NCBI GenBank assembly: GCA_905178155.1
Contig: CAJINV010000002.1
Coordinates: 9,489,087 to 9,553,086, forward strand
Source: Amoebophrya sp. A120
Lineage: Eukaryota; Protista; Dinoflagellata
DNA length: 64,000 bases
Reading direction: 5' to 3'
The stretch's first letter is position 1. Each line of letters begins with the position of its first letter. Made by a program: the position numbers and the translations under genes. The notes beneath the pieces are model-generated. The model searched no databases. It saw only the letters and a program-made list of their open reading frames with translations, and was not told the origin of the DNA. This document shows, piece after piece, positions 47,833 to 61,200 of the stretch.

Positions 47833-49121
47833 GGGGCTCTCGCTGTCCGAGCCGCTGGAAACCAGTTCCTGTTTTTTGGATTGTGTTCTTACGACTTCAT
47901 GACTTTAGAATGTTTTTTTCCATTTTTTCGACGAGAGGTCGTCGTAAGCTGTAGGAACTACTTCACGCGGAAGATGATAAACAGGAATTCTATCTTGAGA
48001 TTCGCGCCTCGTCACGATAGGGACGCGAAACTTCTAATCGTATCGTTTTACAAAAGAATGTACTTGCTCGTCGTCAATTTGTTCCCAGTCGCTGTCATCG
48101 GAGATGTCCGCAGAAGTCCACTCATCATCCTCGCCCTTCGCGGAGGTTTTGCTGCACCAGAATCTGCGCAGATAGGCCGACATGCTGGTCAGTCTTTCTT
48201 TGGCCGACACAAGAGGGGAACCCTTCTTCGTATACAAAACTGGTTCCTCCAAGGAACCTCTTGCTGACCCTGTTACGTGCAACTTTGCTGCGATCTCCTC
48301 GCTCGCGCAACGCAAGTGGCTGCTCTCTTCCGGTACTAGAAGGGAACACCACTTCTACAAAACTAGAAAAATGGGTTGAAGTTGTGTAGATGAATAGAGG
48401 GGGGGGGGAGATTCTTGCAGAGGTCAACAGGTGAAAAGGGATTGATGTCTTTTTGTTTGTTGTAAATTCTTAGAACGAGGACAGGGGTCGAGACGAGAAT
48501 GTATCAATGGGTTCAAAATTTTGCAAAATTGTTTAAAGAAATGATTAGCAGTGCTTGAATGTTGCCAAGTTGACAAGCAACGACCCTGCAAATACCTCAA
48601 GAAATATTGGGGTAATGCACCGTCGGGGCCGTTTTTCTGGAGAAATGAAATACGAAACGATTTTTATAGGCAAACAAACACATAATTGCACCTGCGATAC
48701 CTGCAACAGACTCGAAATTCTTCGCTCACACACTCGCTCTCACCTCCACTCGGTAGTCTTGTCAATTTGTCCCTCGAAGCAAATTTGCAATGAGGCTGGA
48801 CCGATATTCGTGATTCACAGCGTGATGGTCTACGCAACCGAGCGTGCGTCTATTTGCTGTTTGTGGTGTATCAACAAACGAAGCCCTGCTATCATTGTTG
48901 ACAAACGTCTTCCCGAAGTGTAATCTAGACCAGATTCCGATCAACGCGAACTCAGCTGCTTCACAACTTGTGCCGAAAACGCTGCACTGTTCCAAGCTCA
49001 CCGATTTGAAATTTTTCCGATATTAGGATTCGTTTTCTTCTTTTCAAGACTGTTGAATGCAGATTCAGAAACCGATACCAGCCTCGGCGGTCACTAATGA
49101 GCGAATAAACTACAACCACAA

Positions 49122-51092
49122 CTAAAATCTTACCCACCGCCAGGCTTTGTACCGAAACGAAACTAGAAAGTACCCAATTATGACAAGTATCAAAGACGAA
49201 GCTTGAAACGGAGACAAGTCTGGCTTCAACATTTGCAAGACCGCATTACCCCAGAACCAAAAAGACAGCACTGTAATATTGAAGGCGATCACTCTGCTCG
49301 TTTCAGTCATCAAGGCTGGACGGTTTATTTTCATCATATCCAGCTTTTGATGCCCTGTCGCAGTTGCTTGTCCTATGGCATTATCTACTTGTACATCAAG
49401 AATGTGCGATGCTGACATGGTGGTCGCACAAGACTCCAGCAGCACCCACAACAGGCAGAGGTTCACGGGCATTTTTCCCAGCGTCAAAATTTCCATGTGC
49501 GCCACGGGGTCGTCCTTTGCGGTGGCGAAAGAACAATTTGGGCCGTAGAAGTAGCTTCGCGTGGTGTCAAAATACAGCACGAGGATCCGCGTCCAGAAAA
49601 CAATGCGGTGCAACCCGGGGTCGCTGGCCCACAGGGTGCCACAGAGCATGTAGAGCTGATGGAGTTGCAGCCTCTGTTCCGACATCGGAGAACGCAGTGC
49701 GTCTTGGTCACCGCCTCCGGGTGGTTTGAGTATGGAACGCGTCTCCACGGAGAGCTGCTTCTCCACAGGACGAGAAACTCGCGCCTTTTCATCTATTTTG
49801 ACAGAAATAATCCCATCGTTGTCATTGCTGTTTATAAAATCCTCATTACTGAGGAGTGGTTCCGTGGGTCGCACCTGTCCGGCAACCAAAACGTCGTTTC
49901 CACTCTTGCTCTCCTGCTGCGCTTGCCTCCCTTCCTCCTGCCGGTCGGTTTTTATTTTCCTAGCGTGCTGGATCCCCCGCGCGATTTGCCCGCTGCTGCA
50001 GAGAAACAGCCCTACGGTGTAGAACCAGACGGGCGAAGGAAACGGCGCCCCGTAGGTGTTCTGCCACCAGACCCCCGCGCTGAAACCACCGAGAAAAAGT
50101 GCCGGCAGCGCCACGTAGTATCCGACGAGCTTGTGTCGCTCGTACGACAAACGTTCCGCCGCGTCGTTATCGAGGGCGCAGCTTTTGTCGAGCTCGCCAG
50201 TACCAGATCCGGTCAGCAGAGGGGAGAGAACTTTATCACTGACAACTCTATGCGCCGCGGCTGCGGGAGTTGCTGTGCCATCTTTTTCAAACGCGAGTAG
50301 TGTTGATCTGCGGTGCCGCGCCTTCGTTACCGGTCCCGACACATTGAACTGGTAGACGGCAGCGACAACCCAAGCTAACATCGAGAACAAATGCACCCAA
50401 AGAGAATAACCCTTTGCACCCGAATGCGGACCGTCGGTGGACGCGTCCCAGAGGACACCAGTGGTAATATCACTATGAAAAATTCCCCCGCCCCATATCA
50501 AAATGGAAATTTCTGATGCTGATTTGCGTACACAAATCAGCTTTGTATTGCAGAGAGGCATTGCGGGCAGATCTCCAGGCTAGATAGGGGCTTACGTGTC
50601 TAGTTGTTCAGCATGGCAAACGGCTCCCCTTTAGGCCCACGAGCATGGCAAATCGCTTCCATAATGGGGCGAAAGCTCCTGCCCTTGTCTTCTTGCAAGA
50701 CAAATGTGATTTGTGACCTCAAATCAGCAACACAAATTTTCGAAGTCATACCTTTTCAATATGGGGAGGGGGGATTTTTCCTTTCAATAGGTAAACTCGA
50801 TGGAAAGGTTTTTCGCGAACCCTAGCACAGCAACGACGGCGACGTAGGGCGCCAGCTGTGAAATACTTCTTGTTTTTGCGGCCAGCTTCGCTGCTGGTGC
50901 CGATACCACTTCGTCGACATCTAATGGAGCTCTTTGACAATATTCATCATTAAGTATTAACTTTTCATCAATCCCGATGGACGATTGTTCTGTGAGCAGC
51001 GGCGCGGCAAGCGGATTATTTCGCTGCGCCCCTGTGTCGGCGACACTTCCGCCCGTTGCGTAAACGGGGGGCGTTGCTGATGTCATGGTCAT
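49122..51092 (-). CDS. Multi-pass membrane protein, DUF2306-like (~547 aa; one introner)
   Basis: ORFs 50784-51092 and 49122-50561 join (IEFTTGVLWD); several TM segments with H..(S)MLAW..YQF, RHKLVGY, H..YM pattern. Confidence 0.65.
50468..50789. mobile_element. Introner, TIR type E, 322 bp
   Basis: tatcactatgaaaaattcccccgccccatat / atatggggaggggggatttttcctttcaata; TSD ggtaa. Confidence 0.92.
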
Positions 51093-52244
51093 TTTGGTTT
51101 TCCGCCGTTATATCACAGCTGGAAAGCACTAGGAAACGCGTACGCGGCAGAAACAGGAGCTGGGAAACATCGAAACATACATCATTACACAAGGGGTCCT
51201 GTGAAGTCCTGTTTTTTCCCACAAGCATTGTCACGAAAAGCAGATGAAAAAAAAGTACTTGAAAATCTCCCTCACGCGGGTACTAGCGAGAAAAAAAACG
51301 CGCTCCGATAAGTATTTCGCAATTCAAGAAAAATTATCGGTAGCTAAAACTGGTCAATCATGCTCTCATGTGTCTTCTGTCGCTCCTCAGGTCAAAGCCC
51401 TCCAAAACGGGTCGTACCCTTGGAAAAATTTCTTCCAAAAACACAACGTTGATCCTTATCAGAACACGCTTTTACTACATCCAAGAAATTCTCTTCCGCC
51501 CATGATGCTGATGCCGGCTCTCGTTCCGGTGGGTGTAGTTTCGCGCGACTCGGTGAGCGAGCTGCTGATAGTACAAGATACAGAGTCCGGCTAGGTAAGA
51601 CGTTTGACACGAAGGCATGATCGGATGAGAAAGATGCTGTTCCTCCCCGATCACTTTGTTCTGCCGCCTGCTATTGTTAAGGTATAAAGGAACCGACTTC
51701 ACGAACTGCGAAACAGGTCGCAGCTACATTGAGTTTGCGATAATCAGATAAGGATACTAAAATAAGGTTTCTAAGTTTGTTGTAATATCACATCAAATTT
51801 ATTCTTTAGATTTGATCCTCCGCGAAGGACCGTTTTTGCGTTTCAGCCTGCAGCGCTCTGCATTGCGTTCTTGCTGGCTGGCGCACACTTTCCACATGCG
51901 CCAGCTTTGCTTGTCTGATAGCAAAAGTGTTTCCAATAATCCAGACTGAGTTTGAAGTTTATTTCTGTCGAATTCATACTTGAAGTTTCTAGTTGATCAG
52001 CCTTCGGAAGCTGCAAGCATTTGAAGTACAACATTTTTACAGTGCAACTAGTGCATATAAGCATATAGACTTCCATTATAATGATGTTTCTTTTTCGCTT
52101 CTTTACTCCACATAGTACTTAATTTTTGACCACGGGACGGGGTCGCAACCGCGGATCCGAAATCAATCGCAGCCGCGATCCTTTTGGGTCTAGGTGCAGC
52201 ACGGTTCTACCTAGCTGAGTATCCTCTACGGGAAACCAGCCAGA

Positions 52245-55200
52245 TTAGTCCGCCACGCCGCGGTGCCCGCTCTCGTCGTGCACCTGAACGAAGGACGGGA
52301 ACGTTTTTTGCCTCAGCCGGTCCAGCTCGGTCCGCAACGTCTTCAGCTCCTCGTCCTGGTTTGTCATGCGGTCCTGCATCACTTTTCGTCGCCGGGCCTC
52401 CGCGAACCGCGTGTTGGGCGTCTTGTAGTCCAACTCCGCAATCGCCCCGCCGCCGCCGATGGTCTTTTTCCGCTTGCCAATCATGTGCAGCGGGGTGGTG
52501 GTGCCGCCCTGCTGCAGGTTCTTTATCTTTTGCCGCTCGTTCACCGACTTTACCACGGAATCCAGCTCATTGGACATGCCGTCGTTCTTCTTCTGCAGCT
52601 TCCGTGTGTCCTGCGACAATTTCGTGTACTTCATCTTCCAGTTCGCAATGTTGGTCACGCCGCCCTTCGTCACGTGGTCCAGCTTCTTTTCCAGAATCTC
52701 GATGGCTCGCTGCCGCTTCTTCTCGTCGCCGCCTGGTTAGGTCGGGATCAGGTGGGGGTCACATACTTGCGTGCCCTTGCAAAACATGTATGATCTACAA
52801 AGTACAGCTCTCCAATCATGCAAACGCTGCAACAATGTTGATCCTCATCGGACCGACAGTTTCGCTGAAATCGCAAAAAAAAGCAACGTTTTCTTCACGT
52901 CATTCCGCGGAAAGAAAAAATTGTATACCGCTCATGATTTCCTGCACGTCCTTGGTGACACGCAAGAACTGCACGTCCTTGGTTCGCTCTTGCAGGTCGG
53001 TTTTTTGTAGGGCAAACATGTTCTGGTCGTACGCCACCATGTTGATCTTCTTGCGGAACTCGCGAACGGCCTCCAGAAGTCCGACCTTCTCCCCGCCGAG
53101 CTCAAGAATCCTTCGGTTCCTCGCTTCTATCACCTCCTTGTGAAACGTCAGCGCGTCGGAATAGTCGGTGACTACCGCTGCGGGCGGCACTTCAACTTGC
53201 CCCTGTTTTGTGACAGCACATCGTGAAATCATTCTCGAAAAAAGTACTTACGAATGTTTTAGCGCGCGAAACTGAAGTATCGCCGGACTCGCGGGATTAG
53301 AGGAGCGCAGGAATCAATTAGCGCACTACTTACGCGGTGCAGCAGTGTGTTTGCTAATCAGCGCATTACTTAAGAGCCGCGCGAGTTAAGCAGTGCACTA
53401 CTTAAGGAACGCACTACTTAAGGAGCGCACTACTTAAGGAGCGCGCTACTTAAGGAGCGCACTACTTAAGGAGCGCACTACCGAAGGAGCGCACTATTAA
53501 AGGGGTTAAGGAGCGCACGAGTTCATCAGCGCACTGCTTAATGTTGAGCGTACGCGTTAATCAGCGCACTACTTAAGCGACTCAGTGCTTAAAAGGCGCG
53601 CGAGTTAATCAGCGCACTACTTAGCTGGAGGCACAGGAGTTAATCAGCGCACTCCTTTACGAGCGCACGAGTTAATCAGCGCAGTTCTCAAGGGGCGCAA
53701 GTAGAACCAGTTAGTGCACTGCTTAAGGAGGGCATGGGTTAATAACGAGCGCATGACTCAAGGCACGTCAAATGCAGACGACTTCTGTACTAGGATGCGA
53801 GCCAGCAATGTTTTCAACACAGCAATAAACACTTTTCTACCTGCTTCAGCTGCACCATTATCTCGTAGTCCTCTTCCTCGTTTTCAATCATGCTCTGATG
53901 CGCTCGCAGGTCGTCCACCTCCTTCTCGAAGACCGCGGTGTTGGTTTCCACCTCGGCTTGGTAGTGGTCCATAAGCTTCACCATCTCCACGTGCACCCCG
54001 TTCAACTTTTGTATTTCGATCTCCATCAGCATCTTCTGGTGCTTCAAATCCAGCATCAGGTCGAAGTTCTGCTTCCCGATGCCCTCCATGGAACAGTCCT
54101 CGGGGAACTTCAGCGTTTCCTCCGGCAGATTGGGCAGCACCGGCACGTGCAGGGTGTCGATGTTCTCCCCGTTGTAGTCTACCTCGATCATGGGCTCGGG
54201 CTTCTTGCTGCTCGGGGACGTGTTGCCCGCGTCCTCCACGGGCGGCTTGAAGGGGTTCAGCTTCTCGATTGTCACCGGAAACGGCATCAGAATCGGGCCC
54301 TTCACGTTCACGTCGCCCGCCGCCCCCGCGGGCTTTGGGGGTCGCTGCTTGAACAGCTTCAGGAGGAAGGTCTGTTGATCCGGTTCCAGCTGCGGGAAGT
54401 GCTCGCGGAACTTGGACACGAGCTCCTTATCCCGTTTCACGTGCTCCTCGTGGATCTTCTCGTGGGTACGGACCTGGAGGCGCGCAATGTCGATTTAGCT
54501 ATGGCTGTAGGCGGCTACGAGAAAAAGCAAATTCAGCTCGAACCGATCAAAAACAAAAAGCACTGCAGTCATGCATTTCTTAAACTACATACTACCTTTT
54601 CTGCGAACATCTCCAGCACTTCCTCGGCCTCCTGCACCTTGCCTTGCGCGGACTGTATTTCTTGCAGGATGAACTCCTTAATCCCTTGGTCTTCCACCGC
54701 TTGCAGCAACGCCAAGAACAGTATCAAATGCAAAAATGTCTGGGTCTGGAAGAGTGCGCGATTTGTCATGCAGCTTTTCCATGACCCATGAGGTCTGGAA
54801 TGCAGGACCTAGCATGACAGATTCTGCGCGATCTCTCTCATGCCTATCCTGCATGAGAAACTCCCTCGCGACTTTCGCAAAACTGGACGACTTTTGGTAA
54901 TCATGCAACACAGATTTTTGCATGCCTCAGATTTAGCATGACAAGTTGCATTCTTCCAGACCCAGACATTTTTACATTTGATATACAGGCGGATGATGTA
55001 GATCTCCTGCCAGTAGTAATGCAGGTCCGCCTGGTGCCGGTCCGCGGCGAGCAGGGACAGCTTGTCCTCAAAGTTCTTTTTCAGTTCGAGCACCTCCGCG
55101 CGCAGCTTCGTCAGCTCCGCGTTCAGCAGCTGCTTGTAGTTCTCCTGCTCGGTCGCCAACGCCGCGCACCGGGCCTCATACTCCACGTACAGCTGCTGCT

Positions 55201-58200
55201 GCAGTTCCGTCCAGTGCTCGGGCGGCACCTCGTCCATCCACACCTCCCGGTCGACCACCCGCTCCAACGGCGTCAGGTCCTTGTTCGTCTTCAGGCGCCC
55301 GCCCATCATCTGTTGCAAGGCACGCTGCCCCGCGTCGTTGGTTTTCTTCGCGGACTTCTCAGCCAACAGCTTGGCCTCCTCGTCCTTTTTCTTCTTCTCC
55401 TCGGGCGAGATGTATTTCGCGACGGTTACTTCCTTCTCCTCCACCTTCAAAACGGACTCCGGAACTTCTTTGCCGAGCAGCTCCGGCTCGTCGACGACCT
55501 CGTCGATCTGCAGCTCTTTCAGGATGGACCGAATTCGGTCTATCTTCTCTTTGATGTGCGACATCACTTCCTGATAAAGTTTTTGGAGCATGAAAAAACG
55601 TATGCAAAAAGATGAAACTTCTTACAACCGTTATCATTTTTTTTTTCAGTCCGCCGAGAACAACTCATCTCGGACCCCCGCGACGCTTACAACCGACGCA
55701 GGATCAAAATCCGATCAAGCAGCTTCCACAGTAGCTAGAAGTGATATTAAAAAGCTGCACCTTAAAGAAGTACCTTCTTCGTGCCCTGGCACTTCCCGAA
55801 TTTCCGGTTGAAAGCTTTCTGCAGATCTGTGGAGAGGGTTTGCAACAGCACAATCTGGGTTTTTCTTCGCATGTTCGTCGTGAGTTCAAAGGGGGTGTAC
55901 ACCCGGTTTCTAACCGCCAGAGAGTCGTCCAGCTCCTTCTGCTCTGCTTCGGTCAGCTTCTTGCCCTGGAAAAGAACGCGTTGTTGAGTCAAGGCAAGAA
56001 CATTGACTACATCTTCTCAACAGTTGACAGCTTTTTCCGCGACGAAATTCAGAAATCTTTACATGCACATCTTCAGCGAAAGCTGAGTAGATACTTACAC
56101 TTCCAGACGAGGAAAAAAGTAGATTGATCCCTGCTATGTAGTACAACTCACTCTTTATACCTCCCCCGTCGTGGGCGAGTACAGATTTTCGTCACCTCCG
56201 TAGAAGTTGATAAAGTAGGCCCGGTCCATCCCGGGGGGCAGAAATTTGCCCGCGTCCAGATACCAGTCGTTGTCGACGTTCGCTTCCTCCTTTTCCAGCA
56301 GCTCTACGTCCCGCAGCTGCGCGATCATCCGGGTCCGCGAGCTCTCGCTCGCGTGCAGCTTCCGCTCGGGGTAGTTCGCGACGCTCTGCGGCCCCTGCAG
56401 GCTGGCGATCGTGCACCCGGGGGTCTTCATCGGCTGCCAGAACTCCTGCACCAGCCGCTTGCAGATCAGGTTCCGGGCCAGGTTTTCCCGCTCCACCCGA
56501 TCCCGGATGTCTTCGCACTGCTTGTCCGCCTTCTCCACCAAAAAGTCCCGCTCCTCGGTGTCGATGCAAAACTCGCCGCGGTCGAGCTTCTCGAGGTCGG
56601 GCGCCGACCCGTTGGCGGTGAGGAAGGACGAAAGTCGCTTCCTCAGATCTGTCAGCCCTGACTGCAGCTGCTGCCGTGCCTGTTCGTTCGCGGCAACCAC
56701 CGCCGGGTCCTCCTCGCCCACGGCCTCCGCCGCGCTCGCGGCGGCCGCCGCTGTTCGTCGTAGAAGCAATTGCAAATGGGAAGATCATCTTCTATGTACA
56801 TAAGAACCAATCCACGCGGCGTGCGCCGCGTGGGAAAAAATACAACAACTCTTCAGCGTAGGCCACATTTTAATGTTTAGCTCGAGTCTCTGTCAAATTT
56901 TGTCTGGCCTGAAAAATTTTCACGCTCGACTTCGTCGGCTCTAATAAAGTGGCCGCGTTTTGCTTTTCTCGAAGTGGCCAAATTCGGGAGAAGACAAAGA
57001 CGGCCAGCTTTTGGCTTCGCCTCTGGGGCCCAGACTAACGAACAAGCAACGAGGTCGCTTCTCGCTTTACAATAGTGGCCAGCTTTGGCGGCTTTTACTT
57101 CGGAGGCCCGGCCAGATCAGGAAGAAACCAGGAAAGAGCTCGCCTGTTGTCCGCTACCTAGCCAGCCCTCGCTTTTTGCCCTTACGAAAGCGGGCAGCTT
57201 TGGTTTCTTGACAAAGTGCCAGGCGCTTCTTGAGCGACAGGAATCGCGGCAGCAGTGCGCGAAGCATCTAAACGCGAACGAGGCCCAGCCGGGCTCTTTC
57301 CACACGGCGCGCTAGTCGAAGAAAACACTTTTTGAGTTTGCAAGCTTCAGAAAAGCTGCAGAAAACCTTCAGAAGATTTTTGGACCTTCAGAAGAGTCTC
57401 AACCTTCAGAAGGCCTTCAGGAAGGTTTTTTGACCTTCTGAAGGTGAAAAAATAGTGCGTCACTTTTTGCAATTTTTTTTGTCAAAAAATGCCATTTTTT
57501 TCATTGATTCGGCCTTCAGAAGGTTTTCAAAGCTCCACCTTCAGAAGATCAAAAACCTTCAGGAAGGTCAAAAATGGACAGCAGAAAAACCTTCAGAAGC
57601 TTTTGTGCATCAAAATTCTTCTGAAGGTTTCAAAAACCTTCAGGAAGGTCAAAAAGCTTCAGAAGGTCACCTTCTGAAGGTGCGAAAAAAAAAACTGTTT
57701 TTTTTGAAACAGGACCTGCATCCGTTTCGATTTTGTGTCTTTTTCAAAACTAACAGTCACTTTTGAACCTTCAGAAGATTTTTGAATTCTTCTGAAGGTT
57801 CTTCTGAAGAATTTTCTTCTGAAGGTTGTGGTGATTTTTTCCCTTACAGTCCTTCTATTAGTACGAATAGAAGTTTGCAGTTTTTCTTTTGCAGCTGTAG
57901 AAAAAAAAACAACTTGCAAGAGTTTCGACAGAAAGACTGAGACCGACGAGCGGCCAGAAGTTCCTACTTCCTAGTAGAAAAGCAACTTTAAGATTATACT
58001 CCAAACGGCCATCTCCGTCTCGCTTTCGCCCTTGGCTTCTACTGCGACATTTCTGCCGAGTTTCATGTCTTTCCAATCCTGTACGACGTAGCTCCCCTCG
58101 GTGACCACGTTGTCCACGCTGAACGTGCACACCTCGCTACTGGAGGTCATCAGCCCGTAGAACGACGAGCTGCTACTGCTCATCTGCGCCGCGAAGCTCC

Positions 58201-61200
58201 ATATCCCGCCGCCAAACGGGTCGGCAAGCTGGTACTTCCGTATCGGCATGCTTTTCTGCACCAGAATCACCACGCCGTCCATGGTGGCGGCCGCGAGGAG
58301 GGAACTGGTGATGCACCGCAGGCTCGATATTGGCTGTTCGTGCTCGACCAGGACCGCCTCGGCGACCACGGTCTCCTTCGTCAACACCGATGTGCTGCTT
58401 GTCGCCGGCGTGGCGTACGCGCCGGACGCGGGCCCCGGGAACAGCGAGGTGGTGACCAGAATCTTGGGCAATTCCGGCTCCTCCTCCGGTTTGGCGTTTT
58501 CGTCGTCCGTCCCTCCGGGTGCAGCGGATTCCTCGCCGGCCTCCGCGGCGGGTGGTTCCCCGGTCGGCTCGGCCGCGGCGGATGCAGCCAGTTCCTGCTC
58601 CCGCTGCAGCAAAAGCGCCTTCACCTTTTCTTGCGCGGACAGAATTTCCGAAAAGGACAGCGAGCTGACCACGCCGTTGCAGTAGCCGACGTAGATCGTG
58701 TCCGGGTCCGCATTTGACATGGCGACCGAACACGGCTCGGCGCCGAGTTGCACGGGCGTAACGACCACTTTTTCCAAGAACCCGGTCTCCACGTTGCAGC
58801 TGCTGGTCGCCTCTTGCGTTGTCTTCCACGTCCAGAGCCGGTTACTGGCGGAGAGACTACTCGCGTAGGTCGCCGTTCCGACGGCCGCACACGTGCTGCT
58901 GAACGAATGATCGAGGGGAAAAAAAAAGCTACGCGCGACTCGTGGGAGCTTCTGTCATGCAAAGTAAGTTGTAAAAGTACCACATTTGCGTTTCCGTCTT
59001 GGCTAAGTGCCTGAAGATGAAGCCACAAGAAGAGACCATCGTGAAGATGTCGTCTACGAACGTCGACTGTTTTCAGCACAACTTTCCTTTCTATTATGAA
59101 TTAACGTTCCGCCAGCTATTTAATCAGACGAGCTATGCTAGCAAATTTTTCGCCTGATACGCGTCGGAACTGGCGGATGCGACGTCCTCCACAGCGCAGG
59201 AGTCCAGTTCCACCCCATCTGGGTCGGTGCCCAGCGGTATTTTGCCGTAACACTTCAGCGCCTTTTTGTCCTCGACCGCGATTGCGAACAGGCTGCACCC
59301 CTTCACACTGTCAAAGGCCGACGCCAGCAACAGATTCCCGGTGCTGTTCCAGGCGAGTTGGGCGGAGAAGCCGAAGGACGCGAGCCGCACTGTGTCGAGC
59401 GTCTCGCAGTTCCCGCTCGGAAGCAGCTTCAGCACCCGGATCACGCCAGACTCGGTGCCGACCAGAAGGCTGCTGTTGGCCCCGTCCGCCGCGAGCGGCG
59501 CGATGGTGTTGATCCCGTAGGGCAGACGGACGGTCTTGACCGCCCCGCTCTGCGCCACGCTCTGGATCAGCCCGGTCTCATCCGCCGTTACGAAAGAATT
59601 GTCCGCGTCGTGTGGGTATGGAGTGGAAATAAAGCTGAATTTCTGTTGTACTCGTACAACATCGCTGAGTAAACTTAGGTCAGAACTCACCTCGTCAACC
59701 GATCGTGCGCTGCAATTATTTCTGCAATTTTTACATAGCATGACGAATGCAACAGAATACAACTTCTTTTCCAACGCATAAGAGGAAGCAGCTCGCGGTG
59801 ATGAAGTTGACGTGGCACTTGGAGAGAAATTTCCAGTCCAGTGCTAGCTCTTCGGCTTCGCCAAGGATGTCTTCTTCCAATTTTCGTGCGACCTCGTCGA
59901 GCTCCGGCTGCGTCAGCAGGGAGAACTTGAACAAGGCCCCGGACGCGGTGGTGACGAGCGCGAACGAGTAGTCCGGGTTGGGCTGCAAACTGGTCACCGA
60001 CCCGGAGGCCGCCAGTTCCGGGGACGCGGCACTGTCGCTGATGTAGCACATGCGGAACAAGTCGGACAAGTTGTTCAAGTTATTCTCCTATGCATTGGAA
60101 ATATGTCTGGGTCTGGAAACTTGTAATGCACGTCAGTGAATACTAAGCACTCTCACTAAGCACTCTGAGAGTGCTTAGTATTCACTGACTCTCAGAGTGC
60201 TTAGTATTCACGACTCTGTAATGCAGCGCCAAGCATGACAGATTTTTTCGTCGCGTTGTGTTGCGTACTCCGCACGAGAAACTGCATTTCTGCATGACAG
60301 GCAGAGGGAACTGTTCGTGGCCACGCAACACAGAGTCATGCCAGACAAGCATGACAAATCTCGCAGTCTTCCAGACCCAGACATATTTGCATGTCATATC
60401 TCCTCCTCCGCGTCGTACAGCCAGTACACGAAGTACTGCTTCTATGCAAGAAAAAAACTGTGTAAGTGTAACTCTGTAATGCAGAACATGCAACAGAGTT
60501 ACACCTGTCATGCCAGACAGCCATGTAGTCCTGTCTTCCTGTGTGTTTTGCCTTACAATCCACGCATGACAGGTTTTCTCTGTCATGTAAAGCAAATTTG
60601 TGATGCTGCCAGCCAAAGAAAGTTACACTAACACAGTTTTTTTCTTGGATAGCTTCGTGTTGCCGTTCGGCAGCGCCACCTCGTGCGTGGCGACCAGGAA
60701 GGAGGACATGAACATCAGGTTCGTCACGTAGCTATCCTATGTAAAAACGTCCCCACACCAGAGTCAAGGGATCTCGCAACACAAATCGAGAAATTTTGGG
60801 GGTCCAGCATGACAAGTTCGTCTCTGTATTGTAGTGCAGTTTAGCAAGCACAGCCGCAACACAAATCCATCTACTCATCCTGTCGACAGCATTACAAAGC
60901 GCAAAACGCGATTGAAAATGCCTCTCATGTGGATGCGCACTACAAATCTTCCTGTAGCTGCAAATCTGCATGACAACTCTAGGGTGGGTACATTTTTGCT
61001 CAGGATAGTAGCCGTTCACCAGCCGCTCGTCCTCGACGGCCGAGAGCGAGCGCCACGTGTACAAAATCATCCCGGTGTTATGGAGTGTAAAAATGTCTGG
61101 GTCTGGAAACTTGTCATGCTGACTGGCGTAGCATGAGGAGGCCACAAGTACTAGCTCAGCATGACAAATTTCTGAGCTTGTAGGTGTTGCCTATTCTGCA

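Noticed and set aside
57344-57827. Heat-shock element array
   Set aside because: Most units are TTC-n-GAA rather than TTC-nn-GAA, and the location is mid-gene intronic
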